From positions 163,620 through 227,619 of the forward strand of contig NW_003314306.1 of assembly GCF_000143415.4 (NCBI RefSeq): DNA of 64,000 nucleotides, given 5' to 3'. Made by a program: the position numbers and the translations under genes. This stretch comes from Selaginella moellendorffii. Lineage: Eukaryota > Plantae > Lycopodiophyta. Below are positions 35,225-47,723 of the stretch, in pieces. The notes beneath the pieces were generated by a model. It was not told the DNA's origin. It was given only the letters and a program-made list of their open reading frames with translations, and searched no databases. Positions within the stretch are counted from its first letter, which is position 1; every line of letters starts with the position of its first letter.

Positions 35225-38171
35225 ATGGAGCAGCATTCGTGGAAATATTTTCTTCTTCTCGGGGTCTTGCTCGTCTCGGCCGCGGCCGAGACGGATCCAG
35301 TCGACGCCGAGGCGCTGCAATCGTTCCAGAAGGGCTTGAGCAACGGGGAGATTCTCCAGTGGAGCGGCACCGATCCGTGCGGCGCGGCGTGGAAGCACGT
35401 CCAGTGTCGGGGGAAATCTGTGACAGGGATCGATGTGGCGTTTCTGGGGCTCCAGGGGATCGTCTCTCCATCGCTCAACCGGCTCTCCAATCTCGAGTAC
35501 CTCGGGATGCAAGGGAACGCTCTATCTGGATCCATGCCCTCGCTTGCCGGGATGGCCAACCTCAAGATCGCCTACTTCGACAACAACGATTTCTCCTCCA
35601 TCCCGGGGGATTTCTTCGCAGGCCTCGAATCCCTCGAGGCGATCTACCTCGACAACAATCCTCTCAACGGCACGGCCGGATGGGAGCTCCCGGTGGATAT
35701 TTCGCACCTGGGAGCTCTTGCGAACCTCTCCCTCACGAACTCCAGCGTCGTGGGGAGCATCCCAGCGTTCCTGGGAGCGATGCCGCATCTCAAGGTCTTG
35801 AATCTCGCCTACAATCGCCTCACCGGTGGGATCCCTCCCTCGTTTGTAAGTTCCAATCTCGTCCAGCTCCAGGCCAACAACATGCAAGGCCCGGTTCTCA
35901 CAGGCCCGATCGACGCTGTGGGCGGCATGGGATCGCTCGTCCAGCTATGGCTCCAGGTGAACGAGATCGCTGGAACCATCCCACCGGGGCTGGGCAACGC
36001 GCTCGCGCTCCAGGATCTCAAGCTCAACGACAATCGCCTCACAGGACCCATTCCAGCGAGCTTGGCAGAGCTTCCACTCGCGATCCTTTCAGTGGACAAC
36101 AACGAGCTCATCGGTGTTCTTCCGGCCTTCAAGCCCGCGACCAAGGTCCTCGCTACTGGGAATAACTTCTGCCAGGCGGTCCCGGGGCTGCGATGCTCTC
36201 ACGACGTGGAGACGCTGCTCGAGTTTATCGGGGAGTTTGGCTACCCGGCATCGATCGTCTCGTCGTGGAAGGGCGACGATCCGTGTCTCTGGACGGGGAT
36301 CGTCTGTGACTCGGGGAAGCGGGTGTCGGTGATCGATCTCGCGGGGAGCCAGCTCGTGGGTCGGCTCTCTCCGGCGCTGGTGAATCTCACGGCGCTCACG
36401 GTGCTGAGGCTCAACGGGAACAACATCAGTGGCGGCATTCCTCCGGTGCTCACCAGCATGAAGTCGCTCCAGCAAGTCGACTTACACAACAATAACCTGT
36501 CTGGCGATCTTCCGCAGTTCCCCGAGTCCGTGAAGACGAATTTCCAGGGGAATCCTTTGCTGCTCCAGAGCTTGCCACCCGTGACTTCTCCTCCAGTTGC
36601 TCCTGCGCAGCCGTCTGGTTCTTCTGGCGGGGGTGGTGGTGCTAAGAACACGAACACCACGGTGGCGAACAATGCGACGGCGGCGGAGGTTTTGCCGAGG
36701 AGCCACCACAATTCCGTGAAAGCTGGACTGATTGCGGGGCCGGTGGTGGGAGCGGTCTCTCTGCTCGCCATTGGGCTCGCGCTTTCCTTCCTGTTCTACA
36801 AGAGGTCCGAGAAGCGGTTTGTGAGAGTCCAGGGCCCGACAATGGTGGTGCATCCGAGGGACTCAAGCTCCGAGGACATTGTGAAGATCATCGTTCCTGG
36901 CGGTGCCGGCAACAACGTGAACTCACGCAGCCTTGTGGAGACGGCGTCCGTCAACTCCAACGGGACCGACGTCCAAGTTGTGGAGGCTGGGAACCTGGTG
37001 ATCTCGATCCACGTCCTGCGAAACGCTACACGAAACTTTAGCGAGGAGACTGTTCTCGGCCGGGGAGGATTCGGGGCGGTGTACAGGGGGCAATTGGACG
37101 ACGGCACCAACATAGCTGTGAAGCGAATGGAGGCTTCATCCGTGGTGAGCAGCAAGGGCGTCAGCGAGTTCCATGCCGAGATAGCTGTTCTAAGCAAGGT
37201 CAGGCACCGTCACCTGGTGGCTCTTCTCGGGTACTGCATCGACGGCAACGAGAAGCTTCTCGTGTACGAGTATCTCCCGCAGGGTGCACTGAGCCACCAT
37301 CTCTTCGAGTACCGGCGGATGAGACTCAAGCCTCTGGAGTGGAAGCGGCGGCTGGCAATTGCTCTGGACGTTGCCCGTGGGATGGAGTACCTCCACGGCC
37401 TGGCATACAAGAGTTTCATCCACCGGGACCTTAAGCCGTCGAACATCCTGCTGGACGATGATCTCCGCGCAAAGGTGGCGGACTTTGGCCTGGTGAAGCT
37501 GGCACCCGAGGGGAAATACTCGGTGGAGACGAGGCTGGCGGGGACGTTTGGCTACCTGGCCCCGGAGTACGCAGGTAAAAGGCAGGCTCTTGTTTGGATT
37601 TCTTGCTTCTGATGACAAGTTGTTTACAGTGACCGGGAGGGTGACAACCAAAGCCGATGTTTTCAGCTTCGGGGTGGTGCTCCTGGAGCTGATAAGCGGG
37701 CGGCGCGCGCTGGACGAGTCCCAGCCGGAGGAAAACATGCATCTGGTGACCTGGTACCGGCGGATAACGAGCTCCAGCAGCAAGGAGTCGCTGCTGCGGA
37801 TCATCGACCCGGTGCTCGGGGTGGGCGACGTGACCGGCGACGTCTTCCACAGCGTGTACACGGTCTCGGAGCTGGCGCGGCACTGCACGGCGCGGGAGCC
37901 GTATCAGCGCCCCGACATGGGCCACGCAGTGAGCGTGCTGTCGCCGCTGGTGGATCAGTGGAAGCCGGCGGACCAGGACGGGGAGGAGAGCGCGGGCATC
38001 GACCTGAGCTTGACGCTGCCCCAGGCGCTCAAGAAGTGGCAGGCGTCCGAGGAGGACAGCAGCAGTGGCGCTGCGAGCCGGAGGATGCTGGACGACTACG
38101 ACAGCCACGACAGCTTGCCGACGAGGCCGGCGGGATTCGCCGAGGCTTTCACTGCCGCCGATGGGCGATGA
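35225..38171 (+). CDS. TMK: TMK-family LRR receptor-like kinase (LRR-IX); one intron ~37575-37630
   Basis: Signal peptide; two LRR blocks with a WKGDDPC island; TM helix; EAGNLVISIHVLRNAT; HRDLKPSN; C-terminal SLPTRPAGFAEAFTAADGR. Confidence 0.95.
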
Positions 38172-39057
38172 TGGTCACAGGTTCGCTCGCTCTTCTTTCT
38201 TTACTTCTTTTTCTAGAGGACTTCTGGGAGGCCATCGCTGGGATCGAGATCACGAGCAGGGAAATCGAGATGGTTACAGGAAGGGATGAGACGATCAATC
38301 AAAACCGCAGGGAAAAACGCAGGAAAAAGAAGATCACAGGTCCCAAGCACGAGAGCTAAGGCTGACAGTGGAAGAGGGAAGAATCATGGTTGGCTCTTCG
38401 GGCTCTCCCCGAGGTGGAGTAAAATTCTCGCTCCCAAGGTAGTGTAAGTCTGCAAGAGTTTTATCTTTTTTTACCATCTCTTTATCCATCTTTTTTATCC
38501 ATGTTATTCTATGTGATCAACTAGTCATCTAAAGTATGAAAATGTATAGATGTTCGCTCTAAACAGTGGTCATCCAATCACCCAGAAGATATATTTTAAC
38601 TAAAGCTGTTTGGACAAGCTTCTATCCATCCTCTGCTCATTTTTTAGTATCGTGGATGTCAACATCCATCCAGGCAGCCAGCGATTGTCACGGACAAAGA
38701 ACCCCTTCTTTCATTTTTTTTGACGAGCTTTCCTTTGTCTCTGGCTCATGCCAGGACGTAAGCTAAGATTAACAAGCTAAACTATAACAAGGACGCACAG
38801 AAACCATGGCCGCTGGCTCCGCGACTAGATTTAAGCTAAATACGAAGCTATCTATCAACCGAGAGCTTAGAGAAGAGAACAAGAAGCTTAGTTCCAAACT
38901 AAGGACAAAGACGAGAAAACTCAACTCAAAAGCTGCCAAACTCCTTCGCTTAAGCGCGGGCGAGAGGTCTCTCGCTCGGCTTGATCCAATCCGTCATTAT
39001 TGGAAGAAGTTCCCAACACCGAAAAGGGCGAGCGGGACACTGCTTTCCAGCTTGGAA

Positions 39058-39112
39058 CACACATACTACACACTCACTCACACACACACACAATGCATAC
39101 ACACACACAGAG
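39058..39112. repeat. Interrupted (CA)n microsatellite
   Basis: Direct reading. Confidence 0.8.
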
Positions 39113-39806
39113 AGACAGGCCCGCCAGTCCGGTCCAATCCATAAAAAGAAGCAGGGGAAAAGAGACCAAACACTACACTGGACTGCACCACTGTGAAGAA
39201 CCAGCCCAGACGAAAAGAAGAGAAAAAAAGACAAAGAAATGCGCCTAAAAGAATTGAATGCTCGGACAGACCTGGCGGCTTCTGGATAGCGAGATTCGAC
39301 GATGGGATATATTCTCCGAGCGTGATTAGCAAGAGGAAGAAAAGCGCGCTTCATAAAGTCCGGGAGTGGAATAAACTGGCTCTGTGGTGGCCCTTGATAG
39401 GCGATCTTGTGCGTGATTGACGGGTTGACAAAGCGTTGCTCTGTGACAATCCAACAAACAGTGTATCAGAAAGGAATACTAGAGAGGAACAAGCTACTTA
39501 CCGCGAGCTGGCCTTGCGCAGAGCCAGCACGACGATGGAAGTTCTTCCAAGAAAATAAGGACACACTCGTCCCTACAAACATCTGTAGAGAAAACATTAA
39601 AAAGTTAGCTGGCAAACACAGCCATTGTTCGAATGTTGATGGATAGAGGCCCGGAAAACATCCAGAGCGTCAGTGTACCTGCAACTCGGAACAAAACGAG
39701 CGGACAGCCGTGCACAGTGCTACATGCGATTCATAAAGGAAAAAGAGAGAACGAGAATCGAGTACCTCACAGATTTACGTGACTAAGTTGGACGAGTCGA
39801 ATCGCC

Positions 39807-41337
39807 CTACATGAGAAAGCCTGAACTCTCCCAGCCACCTTGTTTTGACAGATAGATCCGTGTCGCCTCTTTGAGAGTCTGCGACTTCAAGAGCCCCTCT
39901 GCGCGAGTTCGACCTGACGGATGCGTGGAGATGTACTGGACATACTCGGGGAGTTTCTGCAGCTCTCCCAGCTTGAGATAAACTCCTGGAGCAATTCTGG
40001 GATCGTAGCCAGCCGCAGCCATGACTAGAGCTCCGATATGGTCGGCTTCAATCTCCATCCTAACGGGGAAATGCAAAAAGTGTTAAACAAAACTTAAACA
40101 AAACGGATTCTTACTTTCTAGAGAACGGAAGCCTCAGCAAGAGATCGGAAGCTGGGCCGACGATGTTGGGAGCCTGGACAACGACTAGGAACAGCAACTC
40201 GATGAAGCCAATGAAGATGCTTCGTGTAAGCATCTCTCCAGTGTGCCTGGCAATTGCGTGGCCAACCTGCACGAAATCGCACGATAAACAAACACCAAAA
40301 CTTGAGAACCTGGGGGAGGAGCTCACCTCATGTCCGAGGACCGTCGCTAGTTCCTCGTCGTGAGGAAACGCCTTCAAGAGCCCCGTGAAGACGATGATCT
40401 TACCACCCGGCAAGCATGCAGCGTTCACCACGTTGGCATCCACCACAACGATCTCCCACTTGAAGTGATCGACGTGCTGCGTTTGAGCCTTGCGTCCCTT
40501 TTCCTTGGCAGTCTTTCGGCAGTCCTCGACCCACACATCGTCCACCGCACTCTCGTTCTCACGGTACAGATCTTTCTCCCCAAGTTTCAGAAAAAACGAT
40601 GGCTGTTCCACGTCCTCGGCTGGTCCTAGCACGTAATCTCGGCTCCTCGCGGAAGGCAGTTTCTTCGACACATCCGGAGTGTACTCCAGCTGATTTTTTC
40701 CAGTGGCATGAATCCCTTCCATCGCCGAGTTGATCGAGTTCTGAGCGATCCTGGCGACTCGAACGACAGCCGGGTGGTAAGGTGGCAAGATCCTGTTCTG
40801 GAATTGTTTCTTCATCTAAGGAAAAAAACGAAGGATCATAGTTAGAGAACAAAGTAGAAGAAAGAATTCACTTACATTGTTGAAAGTTGTCTCGCCAAGC
40901 ATCGCTTCCATCTGCGGGGATATGAGAACCAGATGCTTCCGGTTCGTGTATGGAACCACCTCCAAATGGGTGTAGTAGAAGTAAACCATGAAGCCACCGA
41001 TGCAGCCAGCCACGAGAAGGAATTTCTGAGAGACACCACCTCCTGCATTGGCCCATCCTCTCATCCCTCCCAGGCTCCTTTGCTCGAAATGCCGGACACC
41101 ATATCGATCGACGTAGTAGGACCTCTGGCTGAGCTTTCTACAATCCAAGCCAGCGCTCTCGATGAAGAAACTCTTGGAAGAAAAATTCCTGCGCGGATTT
41201 CCCTGTAAGAGGCCATCTAGATAGGAATCGATGGCGCCGGACCGCGATCGCGGCTTGCCAGCGCTCGGCGATGGCGAAATGGAGCTGATCGCGAGCTTGC
41301 CGCCGAAGCGCCACCATACCTGGCGGATGATCCCCAT
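39807..41337 (-). CDS. OMA1: Mitochondrial M48 metalloprotease OMA1; multi-exon
   Basis: LEVVPYTNRKH, VNAACLPGGKIIVFTGLL, LGHE|VGH, EIEADHIG, THPSG. Confidence 0.93.
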
Positions 41338-41405
41338 CGCCGCCGGGCGCTTGCTCTAGAAATCGCCCTAAAATAGTTTTTGAAACGTAAGAAATTAAAA
41401 GCTTT

Positions 41406-41429
41406 TGCACTGCCCGGGAATCGAACCGG
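41406..41429 (-). pseudogene. Duplicate of the 3' 24 nt (T-arm and acceptor strand) of the adjacent tRNA-Gly
   Basis: TGCACTGCCCGGGAATCGAACC occurs at both 41406 and 41467. Confidence 0.8.
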
Positions 41430-41466
41430 TTACTTCACAGACCAAACAAAATGTAAAAACAACAAT

Positions 41467-41537
41467 TGCACTGCCCGGGAATCGAACCCGGGTCTGTTCC
41501 GTGGCAGGGAACTATTCTACCACTAGACCAGCAGTGC
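41467..41537 (-). tRNA. tRNA-Gly(GCC)
   Basis: GCACTGCTGGTCTAGTGGTAGAATAGTTCCCTGCCACGGAACAGACCCGGGTTCGATTCCCGGGCAGTGCA, T5 terminator downstream. Confidence 0.95.
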
Positions 41538-41632
41538 TGGGGATGTAAACCTATTCTCATGGATTTTTCTCGGGGTTATGGGTGAAGGTTAAGGGTTTAA
41601 GGTGGTTTAGGGTTCTATGCTTGTGGAGGTTT

Positions 41633-42668
41633 ATGGCTTCCAGGAGACTGGCAGCGGCATTGCGATCTCACGCGCGGATCTTCGAGAATGTGAGTAGATT
41701 CTCGTCTAATCACAGGGGATTCTTCTCGGCCAGCGCCAGAGAGCCAGCATTCTATCTCGATCGCGCAGGAGGGTTTTTTCTGTTCGTGCGGCATCACACC
41801 GATGGCGCTGTGACGCAGTCGGTGTTTAGCCCCTTCAAATCCGTGAGGCTGGGGAAGCAAAAGGGGCACCTGTGGCGGACGCGCAAGACACTGTCGCGGG
41901 AGACGCAGCTGGTTGTGAGCGATCTGGTGAGGCACAAGAGCGAGCCGGAGAGGGTGAGCAGCATCATCAAGACCAAGGTGTCGCGGCTGCTCAAGCTCGA
42001 TCTATTTGGAGCGCTGCGGGAGCTCCAGCGGCAGCTAGAAGGCGAGCTCGCTCTCAAGGTGAGTATTTGCATTGTCCTTCCTTCTATCTTAGCTTGTTCT
42101 TCCTGGAACTTACCGATCGCTTCTCATTGTTTTTCCCTTCTATCTTTTGAGCTTGTACTTCTTGATTGCTTCTCTGGTTTCTCTCTCCTATCTTAAGTTT
42201 TTGAGCTTGTTCTTCCTGGACTACTACTCGATCGATCGCTCATTCTCATCACCTTTGACACTTTCTTCCCAGGTGTTCTACGAGATCAAAAAGGAGGAGT
42301 GGTACACGCCCGACATCCTGCAGTACGCAAAGATGCTGGGCTGCCTCGCGAAGGCAGGGCTGACATCGCAAGCCGAGAAGCTGTTCGAGGAGATGCAGAG
42401 CGTGGACGGGTTGGAGCCGGAGCTCAACACGTACACGGAGTACCTGCGCTCGCTCATCTTCTCGAGGCAAGTGGACAAGGTCCATGCGACGGTGCGCGAG
42501 ATGAAAGAGCAGGGGTGTCCGCCCGACTTGGTGGTGTACAAGGTGCTGTGGGTGGGCCTCAACGCGGTGCACAAGCCCAAGGACGCCGAGTTTTACAGGA
42601 ATGAATTGCTCGAGGCCCAGACTCGCAGGCAGCATGAGCGGCTGCCAGTGGAGGAGATTGAAGTGTAA
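41633..42668 (+). CDS. Short P-type PPR protein, THA8-like (organellar intron splicing family); intron ~42059-42272
   Basis: LWRTRKTLSRE..SRLLKLDLFGALRELQRQ..LALK|VFYEIKKEEWYTPD; organellar-type presequence. Confidence 0.85.
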
Positions 42669-42937
42669 GGGCACCCTGTAATTCGTAGAGCAAACTATAA
42701 CTGAAGACAACCTTGTGACAACCGAAGTCACTCTAAGTCAACTGAAGACAACGAAAGACAAACAAAAAACCAAACTAGTCCGCTCAGGGGTGACATTTTT
42801 TTCCAATCTTTGCTATAAAATATTCACTAGCATCTTCCTGGCTATGCAGCTTGTCTGAATAGCTGTCTGTGCAGGGGTGGCATTTTTTTTCCAATGTGTG
42901 ATGATGCAAAGGAGTGTGCAATGCTCCTGGACACAAG

Positions 42938-43037
42938 NNNNNNNNNNNNNNNNNNNNNNNNNNNNNNNNNNNNNNNNNNNNNNNNNNNNNNNNNNNNNNN
43001 NNNNNNNNNNNNNNNNNNNNNNNNNNNNNNNNNNNNN
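42938..43037. other. Assembly gap (100 N)
   Basis: N run. Confidence 1.
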
Positions 43038-44414
43038 ATGAGAGGGATGAATCTCATGAGCTCGGTCACAAACGAGAGAAAGCTTCATTCTAGCTTCTCT
43101 CATTCATGTCATTCAGGATCATCTAGTTTGTGCCTGGAAGAAAGGTGTGCAAGAGAGCCCTGGGCACTACCACAGAGTTATTGAAGGTAAGCTTTTCTTT
43201 CTCTTAAAGCTGCTTCATTTATGCAATGTTCAGGTTTCCTGTGTTGGAGACCATTTGGGCTGTGACTGTGTAGGAGTTGGGGCAAGCCATGCAGTAAGTT
43301 TTTGTGTCCATGTTCATGACAAGCTGGGATGGTAGAGTTTCATATTGATGGACAAGGAAGCCATCATCTGCTCTGGACATTAGTAGTGCAGCCTGCAATG
43401 GATGCTAGGAGCCAGATTTCACATTCCAATTCATCAGTCTTGCATTGACATCTTCTTGAGAGAGTGGTTTGCACTAATCTTATGACCATGAATAAACTTA
43501 TGTTTGAGCAGCCAGTGCAATAAAGAAGTAGTGTTCTGTTGGGGGATGGCACACGGCTTGGTATCCAGGGAGTCGGTAAATTCAAGCTCACTTTGGAAGA
43601 TGGCAATGAAATAAGCTTCACAAACATTGAGAAAGTTTTTGATCAAGCTCACATTCCATCACCAAATAGTCAGGATCAAGCTTTAGTTCAACCATTTGAC
43701 AACCAAGATCCAAATCAGATTCCATTAGTAAATAACAATGATTGAGTGGTTTATAGAATAAAGCAAAATTAACTTTTACAAATAAAAGGTGGTAATATAT
43801 ATATTTTACAACAATGACTGTTGGTAGTAGTTTCATTCCAGCTTGACGAGATTCTTGTGATGAAAAGTTGGAGGAACTCTTGTTGACAACACGTTATATA
43901 ACAATAGTATATTAATTCTTATTTTTTAGCTCTTTTATAGGTCTAATTTGTTTCCCACTGAGCACTATGGGTGTATTCATTGGCTTTTATAATAGATTGC
44001 TAACTTCTGTGTCAGGTTTAAATTTTCTTCCCAAGCTTCATCTCAACTATGGCCTTGTAGAGCTTGAAAGCTTCCACCACCTGTTATGTAGAAATAACAT
44101 GCATGATATCTAGGTAAAATCATTGATCAACATCATAATGTACCATGTGTTGAAATGACTAACCACTTCTATTGGTCAAAAAATATTTGAATGGGTGTTC
44201 AAGAGAATCCATGATGCAACCAACAAAACCACTCACTATAAAACTTGCCTCATCACTAAAGGTTTCACATAAGTTAAAGGGTGGATTATAGTAAAACTTT
44301 TTGCCAATGGTGAAGATGACTGGTGTCTACACTATCTTTGCAATAGCCAATGCTCAAGGATGGAAAGTCCACCAAATGTATGTTAAAATGACATTTTTTT
44401 CATGGAGTTTTTAA

Positions 44415-46443
44415 TGTCACAAATGTGACTTTGGGTATCGAAAATTATCTATTAGCTAATCCTTACATACACTCTTTCCTTACTGCCACAACAGTAGGAG
44501 ATTGGTATTGCTAGACCTGTTATCAATCCCTCTTGTTCAAGCGTTAGTAAAATGGACTTTGCATATGTACTTAGCCGGATGAGCATAAGGATAGAATTCT
44601 TAAATGTTTATTTAGCCAAGCATGTTTGGCCCGGCTTTTTAATTCTTTTTTACTCAGTCTTGCATTGGCTTAACAAGAACCCTTGTGTATTGAGATTAAT
44701 CCCTTAATATTGCTGGATGATAGCTTACTATGTCTACCAAACACCCTTGCTATCATGCACTTTGTGTTAGTTTGATTTCGGTCCCAAATGTTATTTATGG
44801 AAAGTGTCTAGATTTTCTCATTTAGCATATCTACTGTCGCGAATGTGACTTCAGGTATCGAAAGATACTTGTCGACCGGTCCTTACGGACACTTTTTCCT
44901 TACTGCCATGACGGCAAGAGGTCGGTACTGCTGGTTCCCTTCAATAGCCCCTCTTGTCCAAGTGTTAGTAAACTGGACTTAGCATCTGTACTTGGTTGGA
45001 TGAGCATAAGGACGGAATTCCTAAGTGTCTATTTGGCCAAGCATACTTGGCTCGGCTTTTTAGTTCTCTTTTGCTCTGTCTTGCACTGGCTTGGCAAGAA
45101 CCCTCGCATATTAAGACTAGTCCCTTAATATCGCCGGATGATAGCTTACCGTGTCTGCCAAACACCCTCGCTATCACGCCCTTTGTGTTAGTCTCATTTC
45201 GGTCCCAAGTGCTATTTATGGAAAGTGCCTAGATTCGCTCATTTGGCATGTCTACGGAATGTAGAGGTCGGCCTGAACACAATGGTATTCGTCCCATGTC
45301 CAAATTTGCAATCTAAAGCCATTCCATATTTAGTAAGTTTCGTACTTGTCCCAGAGACTAACTCCTGGTACTAAGGGTGGCTTGGGGTGAAAGCCCAAAG
45401 CGTGTGTTCCTCAAGGGGGGGGGGGGGGCTGTGGGGGGGTTCCAAATGTATAGTAGGGACAGTGGTTGGAATGCATGTCCGACCACCTGAGACATTAGTT
45501 TGGCTCCCACTGGGTTGTGTTGCTCCTTGTTCTGCGTCCGGCTTGGGTCTAAGCCCAAGCTCCACGCTGCTCTAGTCGGTGGAGTACCCTCCTTCTCGCG
45601 TTAGGCCACCGGTATGCCAAAATCGTGCCAGACTCCGTCTGACACCATTTTGCGTGCAGGTGCTGGATACGGGGAGCTGATGCTCGTGGGATTGTACCAG
45701 ACCCTCGTTTTGTAGTGCAACGGGCTTGGAGTTCGGCTCCAAATTCAGGTGCGCTATATCTACAAAATGTAGAGATTGTCTTGAATACAATAGTGTTCGT
45801 CTCATGTCCAAATTCACAATCTAGGGACATTTCATATTTAGTAAGTTTCGAACTTGTCCCAGAGATTAACTCTTAATACTAAGGGAGGCTTGGGGTGAAA
45901 GAAGTGTGTGTTCCTCGGGGGGGCGGGGGTATGGGGGTAGTAGGGATAGTGGGTAGGTTGGGCATGGTTGACCAACCTGAGGCATAGTCTAGCTCTTGCT
46001 TATGTGCCTATCCTTGTTCTACGTTCGGCTTGAGTCTAAGCCTAAGCTCCATACCATGTTAGTTGGTGGAGTACCCATATCCTTGCATTCGGCCACCAGT
46101 ATGCTAAAATAGTGCTAAACTCCACTTAGCTCCGTTTTGCGTGCTGGTCTTAGCATTGGGATATTGGATGCTTTAAGACTATTTCAAATCATTCCATATT
46201 CCTGTTCTTTCACTCCTTGGGTTATAAGTTTGGGAGTTGCTTCGTGGTTTGGTTCCATCACCCTTTGGCTCCATGTTTGGGAGTTTGGCACCATTTCTTC
46301 ATTTAGTGGCTTAAGGCTCTGAAACTTAGGTTTCACACCACTATCCTTTGGACATGTGGCATAAAAAGGGTTTAGGTTTCACTTCTGTGATTATCCTATG
46401 GTAAATCACTATAGGATAAAGGGTAAAAACCACATGTGCTACA
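44415..46443 (+). mobile_element. Older solo LTR (family A) inserted in the copia RT; itself interrupted
   Basis: TGTCAC...GCTACA termini; flanks TTTAA/CTTAA (TSD with one mismatch). Confidence 0.8.
44835..45758 (+). mobile_element. Younger family-A solo LTR nested in the older copy
   Basis: TGTCGCG...GCGCTATA termini; perfect TSD TCTAC (44830-44834 and 45759-45763). Confidence 0.85.
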
Positions 46444-47723
46444 CTTAATGAGGAGATATATATATATGTATTCCCCCTGTGCATGGAATTAATTTACGCT
46501 TTTACATAGTTTCTAAGGATATGGCAATGCAAAAAAGATATGGTAGTTGAAAGCATTATATGGATTAAAGCAGTTCTCTTAAGTGTGGTATCAAAGATTT
46601 GATAAGGCATTGCACCAAAATCCACTAAGTCAAAATGTACATAAAAGGGAAGGGTGATAGCATGATTATCCCTACCTTATATATGGATGATCTACTTGTC
46701 ATGGAAGGGGATGGTGATGCTATCTAGCAGTTGCAAGAGAGATTTTCCCAATGCTTCCACATGAAAGACCTTGGCATAACAAAAGTTTTTTAGGGTGGAG
46801 TGGGATTGGAAGAAGATGATGCTTAAACTCCACCAACATCAAGATATTAAGTAGCTCTTATGCCAGTTTGGCATGGAAAATTACCACTCTATACATGCAC
46901 CCTACTGTCAGTCTTCTTATGCCTCAAGATGGAAGAGACATGCTTGATCAATTGTTTGATATATTTGGCACTATCTGCTCATCCTGATATCTATTATGCA
47001 ATTGTCACCCTTAACCAATTCAGTTTTGACCTTTGCATGGAACACTGCAAAACATGTCTTGCACTACTTGAAGGGGATTATGGACTAGGGGCTGTATTAC
47101 TCTAGCATTGACATAAACTTAATGCTAGTTAACAAAAGATGCTAATTGATTATTAAATTTTACATGTAACTGCTATTAATTGGGTGAGTAAGAAACAAAT
47201 TGTGGTCGCTATCTCTTTTGTAAAGGTTGAGTACATTGCTTTAACCACCAGTTTTTATGGGAAAGTATAGCTAAAAGGCCTTTTGGAAGGAGTTGGCACT
47301 ATATAGTCACACCCAATCATGTATAGTATGACAATCAAAGCAACCTTGCTATGGTAAAGAACCCAGTTTTTCATAAGTGCAACAAGCACATTTTCATTCA
47401 ATTTCACTACAATGAGCAAGTTGAAAGGGCATAATGCATGTTGCCTACATGGCTAGTGTGGACATGCTTATTGACATCTTCACAAAACCTCTAGAGCCTG
47501 ATAAGTTTCTCAACGTCCAAGGGAGCCTTGGGATAATTTTAACTTCAGCTTATGGGGGAGTGTTAGAGTAAGTTAAACTCACATATATAGTGGGGTTTTG
47601 ACCCTTTTTTCTCTTTTTGATTGGGAGCTATTGCTAGCTATTTCTCAACTACAATGTGTTCAGGCAAAATCATACCCCAACATTTTATGAAAATGCTAGC
47701 AAATATTCTACAATCAAGAAAGC

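Larger units (their letters stand above)
43038..47700 (+). mobile_element. Degenerate Ty1/copia element (gag-pol-RT-RNaseH, PPT, start of 3' LTR), interrupted by nested LTRs
   Basis: VGDGTRLGIQGVGK; KGF..KGVDYSKTF; GWKVHQM; HG.LNEEIY split by the insertion; LYMDDLLV; DIFTKPL; GGGGAG followed by TGTTAG at ~47553-47565. Confidence 0.85.

Noticed and set aside
38390-39800. Possible MIRNA or small-peptide gene between TMK and OMA1 (ORFs 38806-39144, 38950-39354)
   Set aside because: No known miRNA sequence, convincing hairpin or peptide motif found by eye; the ORFs run through a microsatellite
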